NCBI GenBank assembly: GCA_002633005.1
Contig: NMRA01000989.1
Span: 13,315-77,314, forward strand
DNA from: Phoronis australis
Lineage: Eukaryota > Animalia > Phoronida
Length of the DNA stretch: 64,000 bases
Reading direction: 5' to 3'
The position numbers were made by a program, and so were the translations under genes. How positions within the stretch are numbered: position 1 is the first letter of the stretch; every line of letters begins with the position of its first letter. This document shows, piece by piece, positions 14,401-26,953 of the stretch. The notes under the pieces are model-generated. The model saw nothing but the letters and a program-made list of their open reading frames with translations, did no database searches and was not told the DNA's origin.

Positions 14401-16193
14401 GAGAACAAAATGTGCTCACTGTTAATGACATTTCTTTTGAGAAGTTACCGTAAACATTTATATCGAATAAAATTAGGTTGTGTTATTGATATCTATGTTT
14501 TGCTTGGAACGTGTCTTTCTGTTTTTGATAAATTTTTGTTTGATTGGTACAAAATTAAATTCAAAATCTACTGGTTTCTACTGTCATGAGATTTATTTAC
14601 CTATACAGAGTTAATTTCTATGGTGGTTTAGATATTCGACTTAATCCGCTGGTCTTACATAACTTAAAATGTTGCTCCTTTAAAATCAGTCTGCCCAGGT
14701 GGATGCGATCTCACAGAAATGAAGTTTGAAACGCACTTCAGAATGAAATTTACCGTGTTATGCCATGTTGGCTGTGACTCGTTGTTTTCAATGCTCATGT
14801 TTGAGATTAACATTGAGGTCTGTTTTGGCATTGACGTTGATGTGAGCCTATTACTAGAGAACAGTACGAGAGGTAGTCAGTTAAGTTTACATTGCACATA
14901 CAAGTGTATTGGTCAGCATTATGGATAAGTTCAATTAAAGTACTTACTGGGTTTTTACAATGCAGCACATGCATGTTCGGTCATTTTGATCTTCGTCATA
15001 AGTGTTGCTCTTTTGTTAATTTTTGGTTCCTATTTTTACATGCTAATTTAGTTCACTGTGTACAATGTTCAGTTTCCCTCATTGTCTCTGCAGATCGGGT
15101 GTGGGGGCGCCGGTAGTGAACGAGTGCGACGGTGAGTATCATCACGACAGTCGCAAGAACCAGCTGGAGTGGACGCTGCCGGTTATCGACGCGTCCAACA
15201 AGTCAGGCAGCATGGAGTTCAGCATCAACGGACACCCGGACGACTTCTTCCCCGTCAATGTCTCGTTTATGTCCAAAAGGCCGTACTGCAATATTGAAGT
15301 GAGTGTATTTTTTGTGTCTGTTTGAAGATCCAGTGAGCTTTACAGTTTCATTTTGTAAGGAGCAACATCTGTGGGTTTTGTCTGGCTTTTGGTTTATTTT
15401 ACTCGTCTAGGCATGTTATGCCTACTTCGTGCAGTAACATGGCGTGATTTTGCTTGTCACAATCACTTTGAGCACGCGGTGCCGTCACTTTTCAAATGTA
15501 CTGAATGGTTGGGCTTATTAACTTGCGTTCATATCCGTCACCATGAGAATCCTTATATGGTGTTGTATTTAGAACAGCATTCAGTTATATTCAGCCTGAA
15601 GCTGTTTGTTCTGTGCTCTTGTGGTGACTCAGTATGGTACACAAAGACTATTTACTTCATATATCATTTGATGAGCCTACATTTGAAGAATTAAATCGTG
15701 TTTTCCATGTTTTTTTATAGTTTGCTCAAGTATTGTTGGGCTATCTACGTAGCCCAATGCATGTGAAATGACAAAGAAATCCACCCAGGGAAGGCTTTGA
15801 TACATTAGTTTTTCTATCACTTCATACACTCACATAGTTTGTATTTCTCATACAATATTCAAACAGCTCAACGAAACTCCACAACTAGGTTGTAATCACT
15901 CAGCGTGTAACATTTTCTCCAATTCTGTGCATATGAAATACAATAAATATAGGGTGTTGTAAGATCTTGCTCAAGAACATGGCATAGGATATCTTCTGGA
16001 AACACGTCAGTTAATATTTGGGATGTTTACAGTAACATTGTTTTGAAAATTTATCAAGGAAACAATTGTTGCAAAGTGCTCTAAACTGTGTTGTTTTTTA
16101 TAGATAACGGAAGTGCGGACTGTGGAAGGGGATCAAGCAGTTAAGTACTCGTCTGACGTGGTATGCTTTCCAGACAAGTATGAGTTTGTGTGA
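2413..16193 (+). CDS. ARCN1: Coatomer subunit delta (delta-COP / archain), 11 coding exons, ~520 aa
   Basis: join(2413..2415,5251..5290,5827..6065,7067..7246,9719..9927,10772..10863,11819..12066,13152..13299,13922..14030,15094..15298,16104..16193) = 1563 nt, all introns GT-AG with consistent phases. Translation [33 protein letters not shown]...[16 protein letters not shown]...[11 protein letters not shown]...INCWPSE...SGSMEF...DKYEFV* matches the delta-COP longin and mu-homology domains. The ATG-only first coding exon (aagATG|gtacgt) is the least certain part. Confidence 0.96.
3099..3419. repeat. Dispersed unclassified repeat, copy 1 (copy 2 at 43296-43640)
   Basis: Shared blocks ttttgaggaagttac, gggacacaaa, ccatgctattttgcaag, gtgaaaaagttaaca, ggagttggaattcttc and gaagaaagtaag, in the same order. 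Confidence 0.75.
6118..6625. mobile_element. hAT-like MITE with 6-bp TSD in an ARCN1 intron
   Basis: 13-bp TIR CAGGGCTTGGAAT/ATTCCAAGCCCTG; AAACAT duplicated at 6112-6117 and 6626-6631. Confidence 0.85.
7341..7924. repeat. Minisatellite, 29-bp unit x20
   Basis: tgactgcttggccaagttagttagaaaca, near-perfect head-to-tail copies without spacers. Confidence 0.97.
9114..9185 (+). mobile_element. tRNA-derived SINE head / tRNA pseudogene
   Basis: A-box-like tggcctggtg and B-box ggttcgagtcc within a T-arm (gtggg-ttcgagt-cccac); no intact cloverleaf. Confidence 0.6.
12190..12374. repeat. Minisatellite, 37-bp unit x5
   Basis: gactgccttgtgataggggtattgtttggggttagca. It lies inside a possible MITE (tagtgccctc at 12170 ... 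gagggcactg at 12583). Confidence 0.95.
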
Positions 16194-17365
16194 TGTGCAC
16201 TGCATTCAGGGTTCAGTAATAAGACTTCGAGTTCGTTTAAAGCACTTTTGTGCAAGACTGGGTCGAATGTGATCTGTGCTGGAACAAATCTGTGGAACTG
16301 ATGCCAAATGAAGGTGGAGTTGAAATGATGCTAAGCAATTTGAAAAGAATCCGTATCACTTCATTTGTGGAAACTTTCATAGAATTTAATGTATTCATGT
16401 TCCAGGGTAACAATAGAATTTGGTCATTGTTATTCAGGTTTTAGGGCCTGGTTTACCTGTAATTTCTCCTACCACTGAATCGCTGCTGAAGCCTCGAGTA
16501 TTTGCAGTGATCTTCTGAACTCGAAATTTATTGCGACAGGCCAACTTGTTTCAGGTGTTCTCTGTAATTTTATAGCCTGGAACATTTCAACAGCTGCAGG
16601 ATGACTTGTTAATCTAATCATGTAGTATATTCTGGTTGGTAAAGCGACATTGTAAGCCCACATTTCATTGGTTCTGGGTGCTCATTAAGTCATCCGTGAG
16701 GCTATTGTATCTGCAGTTTCTCAAAAATGTTTTTTGGCCCTAGTTAACAATTGAAAGTGTTGAAAAATCTGTAACTTAGTCTGTTGTCAGGGACAGCAAG
16801 ATGTGGGATTGAATTTTATAGGTCTTTGGGACAATGATAGATATGCAGTAGTGTTAGCGATGTTGTTGACAAATCAATTTGAAAGAAAGAACTCAAGTGG
16901 CTTTAATTCACGACATTTGTAACGCAACGTTTTCTAAAGTGAAATGGTGTTTTGACATTGGAGAAAGAATAGATTTGCCTTGCTAACTGTGCCACCCATT
17001 TTTTCTTTTGATTGTCATACTACATAGGTTTTGTACCATAAGAAATATCTAAAGAAGTTTGTCAAAAGTTACATGCAAACCTTTTTCATTGCTATGTGAT
17101 GTGTTGGGCTGGAGTTAATTTTCACAGCTTTGTCATATAGCATGTAATGCATAGATGGTAAAAAGTGGTCATTTTGAAAACAAAACATTGAAAAACATTT
17201 CATCAATAGCTTTGTATTTGAACAAACATATCTAGAATTTCCATCTTGTTTCTGTTGCAATATTTTGAGAGTAATTTATTTTTCAGCAGAAATGTTTCGT
17301 TGTGAAACATGAGCATGAAGCATTTTGTGAAGTAACATGTTCTTGTAAATACAACTTGTATAATG

Positions 17366-17371
17366 AATAAA
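17366..17371 (+). terminator. Probable ARCN1 polyadenylation signal
   Basis: AATAAA about 1.17 kb after the stop codon, followed by GT/T-rich sequence (ttgtcatgtccgttttgtc). Confidence 0.4.
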
Positions 17372-18880
17372 TATTATATAATGTTACAAATAATTGTCAT
17401 GTCCGTTTTGTCAAAACACTTCTTTTGCCCTTAAGATAAGACTAAAAAAGCATAAGTTCTGGTCTGTACCCAATGAGCTTTTTTTTGAAAAACTATACTG
17501 TCTCCTAAGCAAGGTTTGAAAAACAGTGATTTTCCAACCTATGAGTAAAAGATTGAGCATCATTTTTGATTGTGTGTGGTCGATTTTCCTTCTTGAAAAA
17601 GTGACCATGTAAAAATACTGCACCACTATCTCTATTTTGAAAAATCAGAACTGATGATAAAATTACTTGAATGAAAACTATATTTTTAAAATATGAAAAC
17701 TTAAAACATGATCACAGAATGTTATGTGGACAAAACTTTTTCCCAGATATTCATAATGATAATCAGAGGAGTGCATTGTTTATAAAAAGTTGATTTTGCT
17801 CTCTGCTCATAAACTCCAAATGAATTTTTTTTCGTCCTTGGCGAGACAGTCTTGGTTTTTGACGCCCAAATTCTCGGGCTAAGAGTCTTTCAAAGGAAAT
17901 CACAGACACGTTATGACTACTACAATTAAAATATAGGGTTTGCAAGTTAATTGCGAAAACGTATTTTGTGGAAAATACATCATCCTCCGTCAAAATCACT
18001 ATTCTTGAGAAAAATGCAGTCGTACGTTTACAAATATTTCCGTATTACTTATCTGCACATACGAATTTGAATATACCGTATATATTTTGTGCGTCTACTG
18101 TTAATTTTTAAAGTTATAAAGAACAACCGAAACTTCAAAGTGAAGGTAGCCCATTACTTTAGAGAGGAACGAGACTGTTTTTAATGTTGCGTTTAGTAAG
18201 AAAACAGCGCCCTGGTTTGATATCTTGGAAAAACATTTTCCGTTTCAATTACTGCTATCTTGGTGTGTATCAACTATCCACGGAATAATAAACAGTGACG
18301 TAAATGGCTCAGCAAACTGAAAAGACCGACACATACGGTGTTCAATAGAGAGAAGAGTCTGCTCAATTGAAATGGATGAACAACCAAGATATGGGCCGTT
18401 TATGTCATTCTCTTTTGTTCCCTGGATAGTAAACAAACGCCAAGGCAACTGAATCCACAGCCAAACAGGAGAAAACGCCCAAGATAACCTTTATTTTTAA
18501 TTGAAAGGTATTATCGAAAATGGTTGTTTTCCCCTTTAAAGCTGTAATTGTGAACTTGTCTTCTGCCACATTTGATTTTGAACACTTTCCATTGTAATAC
18601 TGAACTGATGGGTTGGGAAAGTCTGACAGTGATAGCTACTTGAGACCAACTTATTGAAAAATGTTTCGGAGTAAGGAACAATATATGGAGTAATTCTATT
18701 AGGTGGTCTAACTCAAAATTTATTTTTGACAGAGTTCCGGTGCGTTGCATCTTTAATGAATTGCAGACAATATAATCAATAATCAAATGTCCACACGAAG
18801 GAAACAATTGTCAGTAAATTTTCAATGCGTGAATTGTCTTACGTATGTTCGGCAAGATATGGACTAGTGTGAAATTTTAA

Positions 18881-20257
18881 AGGCGAAGGTACCCTTTTTT
18901 CATGTCACTTTTAGCAAAAATAAGGTTCGTTGATTATCCCTGACACATTTTTCACTTAATTACAGCTTTTCGTAATTTGATTAATTTCTCGTCCTCTACT
19001 CCGGAAGTGACGTTTTGGAAGGCAAGAGTTTCGCGCCAATTTCTTTTCATTGTAGTCTGACTGCTAGGACTATAATATTACTCCCTTTTCTGACTGTGAG
19101 AGCTGTCGAGTCAGTCATTGTTCCTCGGTTGTAGTAAGTTCGGTCGTCGTTTGCTTTTGTTAACAAGTCAGTCCACATGCCACGCAGTTGCTACGTGCCG
19201 GGATGTTCTCATTATCGTCTCACATGCGCTTTGGGTACCTTGCGTCGCTTTCAGAAGGATGACACACTTTAATTCGCCGTACTAGGCTAGCTCGTTCATG
19301 TGAAGAACGCAGCGCTACCCGTCCACGCAACGTACAAAGCAGTGGAGGGTTACCGAGTGTGTGGCAAGCATTTTCTGCTGAGTCAGATTATGACAGAGAT
19401 ATGTACGCTGAATTGATGAACCTCCTGCGAAACAACGCCTGAAGAAGGGTACCATACCGTCGCTGTTGATTCCCGGCAGTGCCCCGTCGCCAACCCCGAG
19501 AAGTGCGTTTTTGAAGCGAGAAGCCTCGCGAGCTGTGGCCACTATATACAGTGACTGAAGGCACTTCATCTACTGTCACCCGAGCCTCTGAACGTACCCC
19601 ATTGCGTGCAATTGCTGGAACTAGCAGTGATTCGCTCTGTGTTGTTGTCTCTAGCTCCGGCAGAGCCTGTATGCAGCCCTGCAGCGATGGTGAGTATAGT
19701 GGGAGTGAATACAGACCCAGTTCGACACCCAATGAAGAGGACAGTTCGTCATCCAATGAACAGATCGGTAAGCCTAAGTTTGATAAGTTTATTGTGGATT
19801 TTTGTATTGGAGCTATTTGGAAGGTGCCAGGTGTGTGACGAGGGAGTCACACGGTGGGATGTAAGCAGTTTGGGTGCTCAGATCACCCTCCAGTGGGAGT
19901 GTGAAGCGGGACACTCGGGCAAGTGGGACAGTTCTTCCTCTGTACGTGAGACGATAATGAGTACACCCCAGTACGCAGCAAACAGCGTGGCATGTTAACT
20001 GACTCGTAAGCAAAAGCAAACGACGACCGAACTTGTCACAACCGAGGTAAAACAATGACTGACTCGACTGCTCTCACAGTCAGACTATATGAAAAGAAAT
20101 TGGCGCGAAATTCTTGCCTCCCAAAACGTCACTTCCGGAGTAGACGACGAATAATTAATTAAATTACAAAAAGCAGTAAATAAGTGAAAGATATGTCTGG
20201 GATAATCAACGAACCTTATTTTTTCTAAAATGACATGGAAAAAGGTTGCCTTCGCCT
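18881..20257 (+). mobile_element. Non-autonomous Kolobok-like DNA transposon with decayed THAP-domain transposase 5' end
   Basis: ~185-bp imperfect TIRs (AGGCGAAGG...CCTTCGCCT) and TTAA on both sides (18877-80, 20258-61). Interrupted reading frame from 19177: MPRSCYVPGCS...RRFQKD*...YRVCGKHF...RLKKGTIPSL (THAP C2CH plus AVPT-like box), then CQVC...CEAGH..WDSS. Confidence 0.85.
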
Positions 20258-21229
20258 TTAAGAATACGTTTAACAAAAAAAGACCACAACGATTGTGGAA
20301 GTTATGAGTCTTCGTTTCAGTGCACTGATGTTAGCGAATGATGTCGGTGGTGTTCTTAATCTCGCATCAGCTATAATTGTGAGCGTTACAGCACTCTGAA
20401 ATGACTGCTACGGCACAATATGGAACATAATGGCACTCGTGTTTAACCTAAACCTTGACACTAAAAACAAGAAAATTCGATGCCGTCCTGGAGTCTGAGT
20501 TGGCGAGGTTATCTCGAGACAATTGAAAGTTATGCAAAGAGTCACTTGAGGCAGCCTCGCCACAATACAGTTAGCTCACACGTGAAACTGATTTCAGTCT
20601 AGCTGGGATAAATAAGGTTTATGGCGGTGAATCTAGCCTCAAACAGTCGTTGAACACTCGGTATGCCGTGAATAATACGCTTACAAGGAAGTCACGCATT
20701 TCTAAAGATATGCGGACATTTTCACCGCCCTTCTTTCAGAGCGGCTTTCACCAGGATCAAAGAGAGTGCGGCGCCGGTGTCGGATACGGTTGTAAAGCTA
20801 AAAACTACAAACATTGGGTACCATTGAAGATAAGCGACAGCACGTATCGATACAATCGGGAGATTTTCAAACGCTGATAAGAGTTAACAATACATTACAT
20901 GGATTATTCTTTTAATATTCTTTCAATCTCGTTTAACCAGATTTTTACTAGGAAACAGCTGTATTTAAATTGCGCCCACTCTATATTTTTATGGCTGACA
21001 AAAAACTAGAATAGTTATGTAGTTAGTGCAACCGAAATTGTCCAGAGATTCCAAATCTTCAGTTTGCCGGGCTATAACCATTTACACTTTTGCATATATT
21101 TTATGATTTGAGTTCCAATTAGGGGTTAAACTTGAACTAATGACACGAGTGGTTTTGTTCTCTGTGAAATGTTAGAGTAGCTGTAATCTGGAAAGTTCAT
21201 GAATTGGTTCAGACAATTAGCTAAACTAA

Positions 21230-21517
21230 TTAAAAACCGGACGATCGCCGCACAAATGAAGAAGTTCATGATAAATCAACGTTTCGTCTATAAGTTAGAC
21301 ATCATCAGGATATTTACATAGGACAACAAGGGCCAACATACATCTCAGGTGACATCCATGAAGTGAAGTGAGAGATACCGAGTAGTCAGTAGCTGGTCAT
21401 CACCATAGTTGCAGGGTCACTGAGCTCTGTATGTTGTTGAGAGAATCAGTAGCATGCTGACGAAACGTTGATTTATCATGAACTTCTTCGTTTGGGCGGC
21501 GATCGTCCGGTTTTTAA
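21230..21517. mobile_element. Fold-back element with 59-bp inverted arms; Penelope-like remnant carrying a hammerhead motif
   Basis: 21230-21288 is the inverse of 21459-21517. Possible direct flanking repeat aactaattaa (21224, 21534). Confidence 0.65.
21273..21313 (-). ncRNA. Minimal type I hammerhead ribozyme motif
   Basis: Minus strand AUC-CUGAUGA-U-GUCUA(ACUUA)UAGAC-GAAA-CGUU-GAU: intact core, 5-bp stem II, palindromic ACGU stem III, GUU triplet, 3-bp stem I. Confidence 0.6.
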
Positions 21518-22015
21518 TCTTACTGATTTAATGAACTAATTAAGTTTCGCTGGGATCAAAATCTACTACAGAACTGTTTTTGGTTCAAGTTTAAAAATAG
21601 CATAAAAAGATATCAAACCGTTCACGGTAAGAAAAAAAGTATTAAAATGAAATAAGGAAAACCGGTATGAAACATTTAAATCATTGTTCTGGACTTTGGG
21701 AAGTTGCCCATGGTCAAGATATGCACAAATAAACTTTTTTAGTCATTTTGTAATATTTAAAATGTACCAAGTTAAAACTGCTCTATACACTAGTTACAGG
21801 ATCTAAGTTTGTGTAAATGCCAGAGAAAACCAATTTGTGTGTACTAACAACCATGATTTTGCGATAGTAGTGCTAGCTATTACCTTTCGACTTCATTAGC
21901 TCAGATCTACATCAATAAAAAGAGCAAGCTGAATAGGGCATCATTATAGTTGTCTGGGGCTAAGGGAATCTGGACGGTGACCACTGTAAGCGAGATATGA
22001 ACAGCTGTAACTTTC

Positions 22016-23469
22016 ATGAGTATGAATTTTCGGAATGATTTGGTAAAGGAATTAAAACAGTCAAATCTAGGAATTCCTATCGGTGCTGATAATGTTTCGT
22101 CTTTGTTTTATGCTGATGATATAGTGGTACTTGCCAGGAGCGAAGAAAATTTACAGGGTTTATTGAATATAGTTGATAAATGGTGCTCTAAATGGAGGAT
22201 AATTGTCAATCAGGAAAAAAATAATATTGTTCACTTCAGATCCAAGCATGTCTCTCGAAGTTTATATCCATTTCGGTTGGGTCGACTAGACCTAGAATAT
22301 GTACCCAAATATAAATATTTAGGAATAATTTTAAATGAACATTTGAAGTTTTCTGAAACTGCTAAAACTCTATCCGAATCTGCCGGAAGAGCTTTGGGCG
22401 CTTTAATTAATCAATTTAAAAAGAATAAAAATATGAGGTACAGAACGTTCACCACATTATTCAATGCTTGTGTTGTGTCTGTTAGAGATTATTGTGTAGG
22501 TGTCTGGGGCGGCTCTTACCTACAGAATTATGATGTCATTCAGAATAGAGCCGCGCGATTTTTCTTGGGCGTTCACAAATTCGCTCCTAATCATGCTGTT
22601 ATGGGTGACATGGGGTGGGAATTCCCCAGTCTTAGGCGGAAAATTGAGCTTTTGAGAATGTGGAATCGTATTATTAATTTCGAGGATCATAGACTTACCG
22701 AATATTTTGGTGGGACTACACTACTTGAACTAATAATTGGTCTTCTGAAGTCTTGAGCATTTTTGAAGAATTAGGGATTTCAGATTGTTTTCATAACTTA
22801 CGTTCAGTTCATCTGTCTCACTGTAAGAATATTTTGCATGATTTAGCCAGTAATAGGTGGTTGTTTGAAAGCCGTTCGAAACCAAAGTTAAGAACCTATG
22901 TTTTGATGAAGAATGTCTTTGAAGTTGCGCCTTACGTGCATTTAGACTTAACTCGGCCTAGTAGGTCAATTCTTGCTCAGTTATTAGAACCGGAACCCTA
23001 CAGCTATTGGTTGAGGTTGGGAGTTTTCGTTCTCTAGATTTTGATGACAGAATTTGCTGTCTTTGTCACACTGGTCAGGTCGAAACTGAACTACATTTTC
23101 TGTTTGAGTGCCCGTTTTTCTTAGATGCCAGAAACACCTTTTACTGTCAAGTTGAGATTAAATATCCACGATTCCGTGCAGAAAGCTGTGAAAGTAAATT
23201 AATTACAATCATGCAAAAAGATGTTATTAGAAAAATTTCAGTTTTCATCAAAAATATTTTTGAAGGAAATTTTTTATTTATTTATGATCACTTTTATCTC
23301 GGCCTTCTCTTTCTGGTCCTCTTGCAATGCGTGTACACTTGTCTTTTCTTTTTTGTATCATGTATCTAAAGTGACTTATAAGCCCCGTGGAGGGCTGGGT
23401 GTCCCTAGTCTTTGCAACGTATTCATTGTTTAAATTCATTTGAACACATGTCACTATAATAAAAAAAAT
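22016..23469 (+). mobile_element. 5'-truncated, frameshifted non-LTR retrotransposon (RT C-terminus plus CCHC zinc knuckle)
   Basis: LFYADDIV, KYKYLGI, KPKLRTY and RICCLCHTGQVETELHFLFECP across three frames; ends in aataaaaaaaaa at about 23458-23469. Confidence 0.9.
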
Positions 23470-23950
23470 ACTTACTTTTACTCGGAAAGCCATGTGGAAA
23501 CGAAAGTAGTCCCACACAACTGGGCCCACATGTTTCTGAACAATGGTGTGTGACTTTAAGAATGACGTCACCAAGATTCATTGCCCAATGTTTTCTTAAC
23601 CACGGTTAAGTGGAAAAACGAATTATTTTACTTAATCGTAAAATGCCTTGAGCAAAAATTGCGTGGAGTTGACATTTACTTAGATACTGAAACATTCCCA
23701 GTAAATGCCAAATTGTCACGGCAGCTCAATAATCATCAGTCGGGTCGTAATTACATTCAAATAAACTTTGTGTCCAATCATTTGCACTCGAAACTACTGG
23801 ACAATCATATAAATTTCGTTCATATCAAACATGCAATCAGGGTAAAAACAACAAGATTGATCGTGTACGATAATGTTAGTTACCATGAACAAAACAGTAT
23901 AAACACGTCGAGTCAATACGATCACAACTCATAGATAAGGCTAAGAACTG

Positions 23951-24192
23951 GGGCCTCTTCCAAGAAACTGACTTAAGTTCATTTTTGACTTAAGTTTAAG
24001 ATTTGTCTTAAATTCCAAACTTTGAAACTTCCACATTCGGTAAGTTAGTCAAAATTAAGACAAAACTTATGTCACACACTTAAGTCGAACTTTAGATCTC
24101 TTTCTTAAATTGGTTTTGAGACAAATTTAATTTTATAATTTACTAAAATTTAAGATTTGTCTTAGCTAAGTCTGTTTTGTTGGAACGGGCCC
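23951..24192. mobile_element. Harbinger-like MITE, CTG TSD
   Basis: Imperfect TIR gggcctcttccaagaaa / ttgttggaacgggccc, CTG on both flanks, internal cttaag repeats. Confidence 0.65.
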
Positions 24193-25960
24193 CTGCTCTC
24201 TAACTAGTCGGCAGATGAAATGTTTATCTATTAAAGTATTCAAAATGTACATGTTATTGGACCCTGCATGAATTAAGAGAGTCTCTGTTGATACGGTCCT
24301 AGAGGTGAAAACTGCCCCTACGTAAAATGTTTGGGCTGACAAGAGTAAATCTATTTCCCATAAGGGTACGTCATTCCATTACGGACCAGATTCCAATACA
24401 GGTCGGAGCAGTACTTTGCTAAGGAACTCGTTGCCATCAGCAAAGAGACAATTAATTTGCCACACTTGCTGATGCTTTTTTTCTCTGTTGCTTTTGTGAG
24501 AACTGCTACATATGCCTACATACCCCGAAACATGTATATGAACTTTTGTATTTATATTTATGATTAAGTTCTGTACTGTATCATTATTAACTTGTATTTT
24601 AAGTTTTTGTAGTTTAATTAGATTTTTAAAAAATTGTTTCACTGTTAAACCTCACAGACTTTTAAACAAAAATTATGACTACCACTAATAAAAGACTTCC
24701 ATAATTCACGGAGTGGATAGGAAACGTTTTATCATAGTCGCTGGCGCATGGTCGCTATGGCGTCTCCGGTGGGCTGGGAAGCAGAATCTCCAGAAAAGGA
24801 GATCGAGGCGAAAACTACTCGAAACGAAAGGAAACGAGATTTATCAAAACTTATCTCGCACAAAAAGATCTCAAAATGCGGGCCGATGGAAACTGACGAC
24901 GAAAACACCATTTCTGTCCAAGCAAGAGGAATATCTGCTCACATATTTACAACAGGCCAAAAATCACTGGGGTGGAAGAAACCATAATTCACTGGTGTAA
25001 ACACAGTCATGCACTTTCCTTCATTAGGGCTGGCGTCATGAACAGGGACTATTTTCAAAGCCAATCACAAGTCAACAATAGAGCAGGGTGAAAGGATAAG
25101 TCAACTTCGGGGAACAAGGCTACCGGAAATTTTCGAAAATACGCCCTAAGACGCTGGGGATTTGATTAACGACATATAAAATATGTCCCATTAAACCGAA
25201 CATAAGCCCGGGCGTATTTTCGAAAAAGGGGGGGCATATATTTTGTCATTAAAACTGCGCTAAAACAATTAGTTACCAACAAAGACACCCTATATCTACT
25301 AGTCAAATAATAGTCCGCTATTGGTAGAGTGAAATTGCGATCCCAAAATATTATGCCTTGATTGTCAAAATAAACAAACTTTTACATCAAAAGATATTAC
25401 ATACGTATTTCAGAACAATGCATCAGATTTTCAAAACCGGCAAAGAGCTACCTAAAATACGCCAACGGGCGTACTTTTGGGAGGGCGCACGATTTCGGCA
25501 CAACACTTACCTCCATTTACGTATGTCTGTCAATAAGAAACATAAATATACATACATGTTAGTGGCTGTCAGCAATAAGTGCATCATGTCACTGTCAATA
25601 CGAAAAAGTGTACACAATTACCTATCAGTATAAATATACATGTCACTGTCAATACAAAAGCATAAAAGTCTACAACTAAACACCAGTACATGCTTGTGTC
25701 AACTGGAACACTATACAATACCATTCACATAAACATAGACATGGGTTGCAAAGGAAATAGCTACTATGCTAATAATTGGGATTTTGTTACTGCAACTGCT
25801 TAAGTCAGATTGTGACTAAACCGTCCTAATGTATTAAAAAATCAACGCGCGTGGCTTAGCCGCGCTGCTCACGAAATACAGGCCTGCCCTCAGCCGGCTG
25901 CGCGGATCATTGCCGTTTACCGTACACAATCCGGACTGACAGTCGATCAATATTATGTTG

Positions 25961-26953
25961 CAGTGGCGGATCTAGGATATCACAAGGGGGGGGGCAACAT
26001 TTTGTCCGGCTGGAAGCATTTGCGCAAACTGAACCACGATTGTAAATGCGCATAGCACCGAATGGGGGGAGGTCGCCCAGGAAATTTTTCGGTTTTTACC
26101 TCTAAAAATCAAGCATTTTCCTTGATTCCTGATGTATTATCCAAGAAAAAAAAGCAAAAAAAAAAAAAAACGGAGAACGTGTCTAACAGGAAAAAAATGC
26201 AAGCATCAAAGACTCGAACTCACGACCTGGCGGATAGAGCGCGCGTACTTTAGAACTACACCACCACGGTTTAACTACAACTTCCATACTAAAAGACATA
26301 CTTGTTTATGGGCCACAGCGTTTGCGCGCGAAACCTACTTCTTTTTGTAATGCTTATTACACGTTTTATATTTTGTGCCATCAATTCTTAACAAATCTGT
26401 CGTATTTGAAATAGTCTTCAAATGCCCAAAAGACCAACAAATCCATTTTTCGTGATGGCAATAATGACGGGATTGCTTTGGAAACCGTCTTAAGATAAGG
26501 TTTGACAAAGAGAGTATTGCGAGTTTCTGAGTGATTCTCTAAGGCTTCGATTAAAATTCACATCTTACCAGCAGCTTCTGTTTTTTCATCGTCACTCAGG
26601 TTCCATTTTCTTTAAAAAATGTAAATTTTCTCCATTGCACAGTGGAGCAGACGACGGAAACGGAGTTGTAGCGCACAGCGCCGCTACCGGTCGCCTAGGA
26701 TATCGCGGGAGATTCTATACTTAGCCATAGTTCCGTCACGAACGCGCCGTGTTCCGAATTTGACACTTGAAATTGGATTTGAGCCCCCCCCCAACACTAA
26801 AACTGCACACATTTAAATCTTTTTTCATCCGTATAATGTTAATTACCGGGGTTAATTAATAAACTCACCATTTCCCTACGCTCTTACTGTTTTATTTTTT
26901 TTGCGGCAGCCAAGGGGGGGGGGGGGCCCGGGCCCCCCCTAAATCCGCCTATG
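25961..26953. mobile_element. hAT-like non-autonomous element with 5-bp TSD
   Basis: Termini CAGTGGCGGATCTAG / CTAAATCCGCCTATG with subterminal G/C runs; TGTTG at 25956-60 and 26954-58; internal tRNA-like segment at about 26205-26265 (-). Confidence 0.7.

Noticed and set aside
24713-25000. Overlapping short ORFs in a CpG-richer patch
   Set aside because: No splice-consistent extension or recognisable domain; probably a transposon interior.
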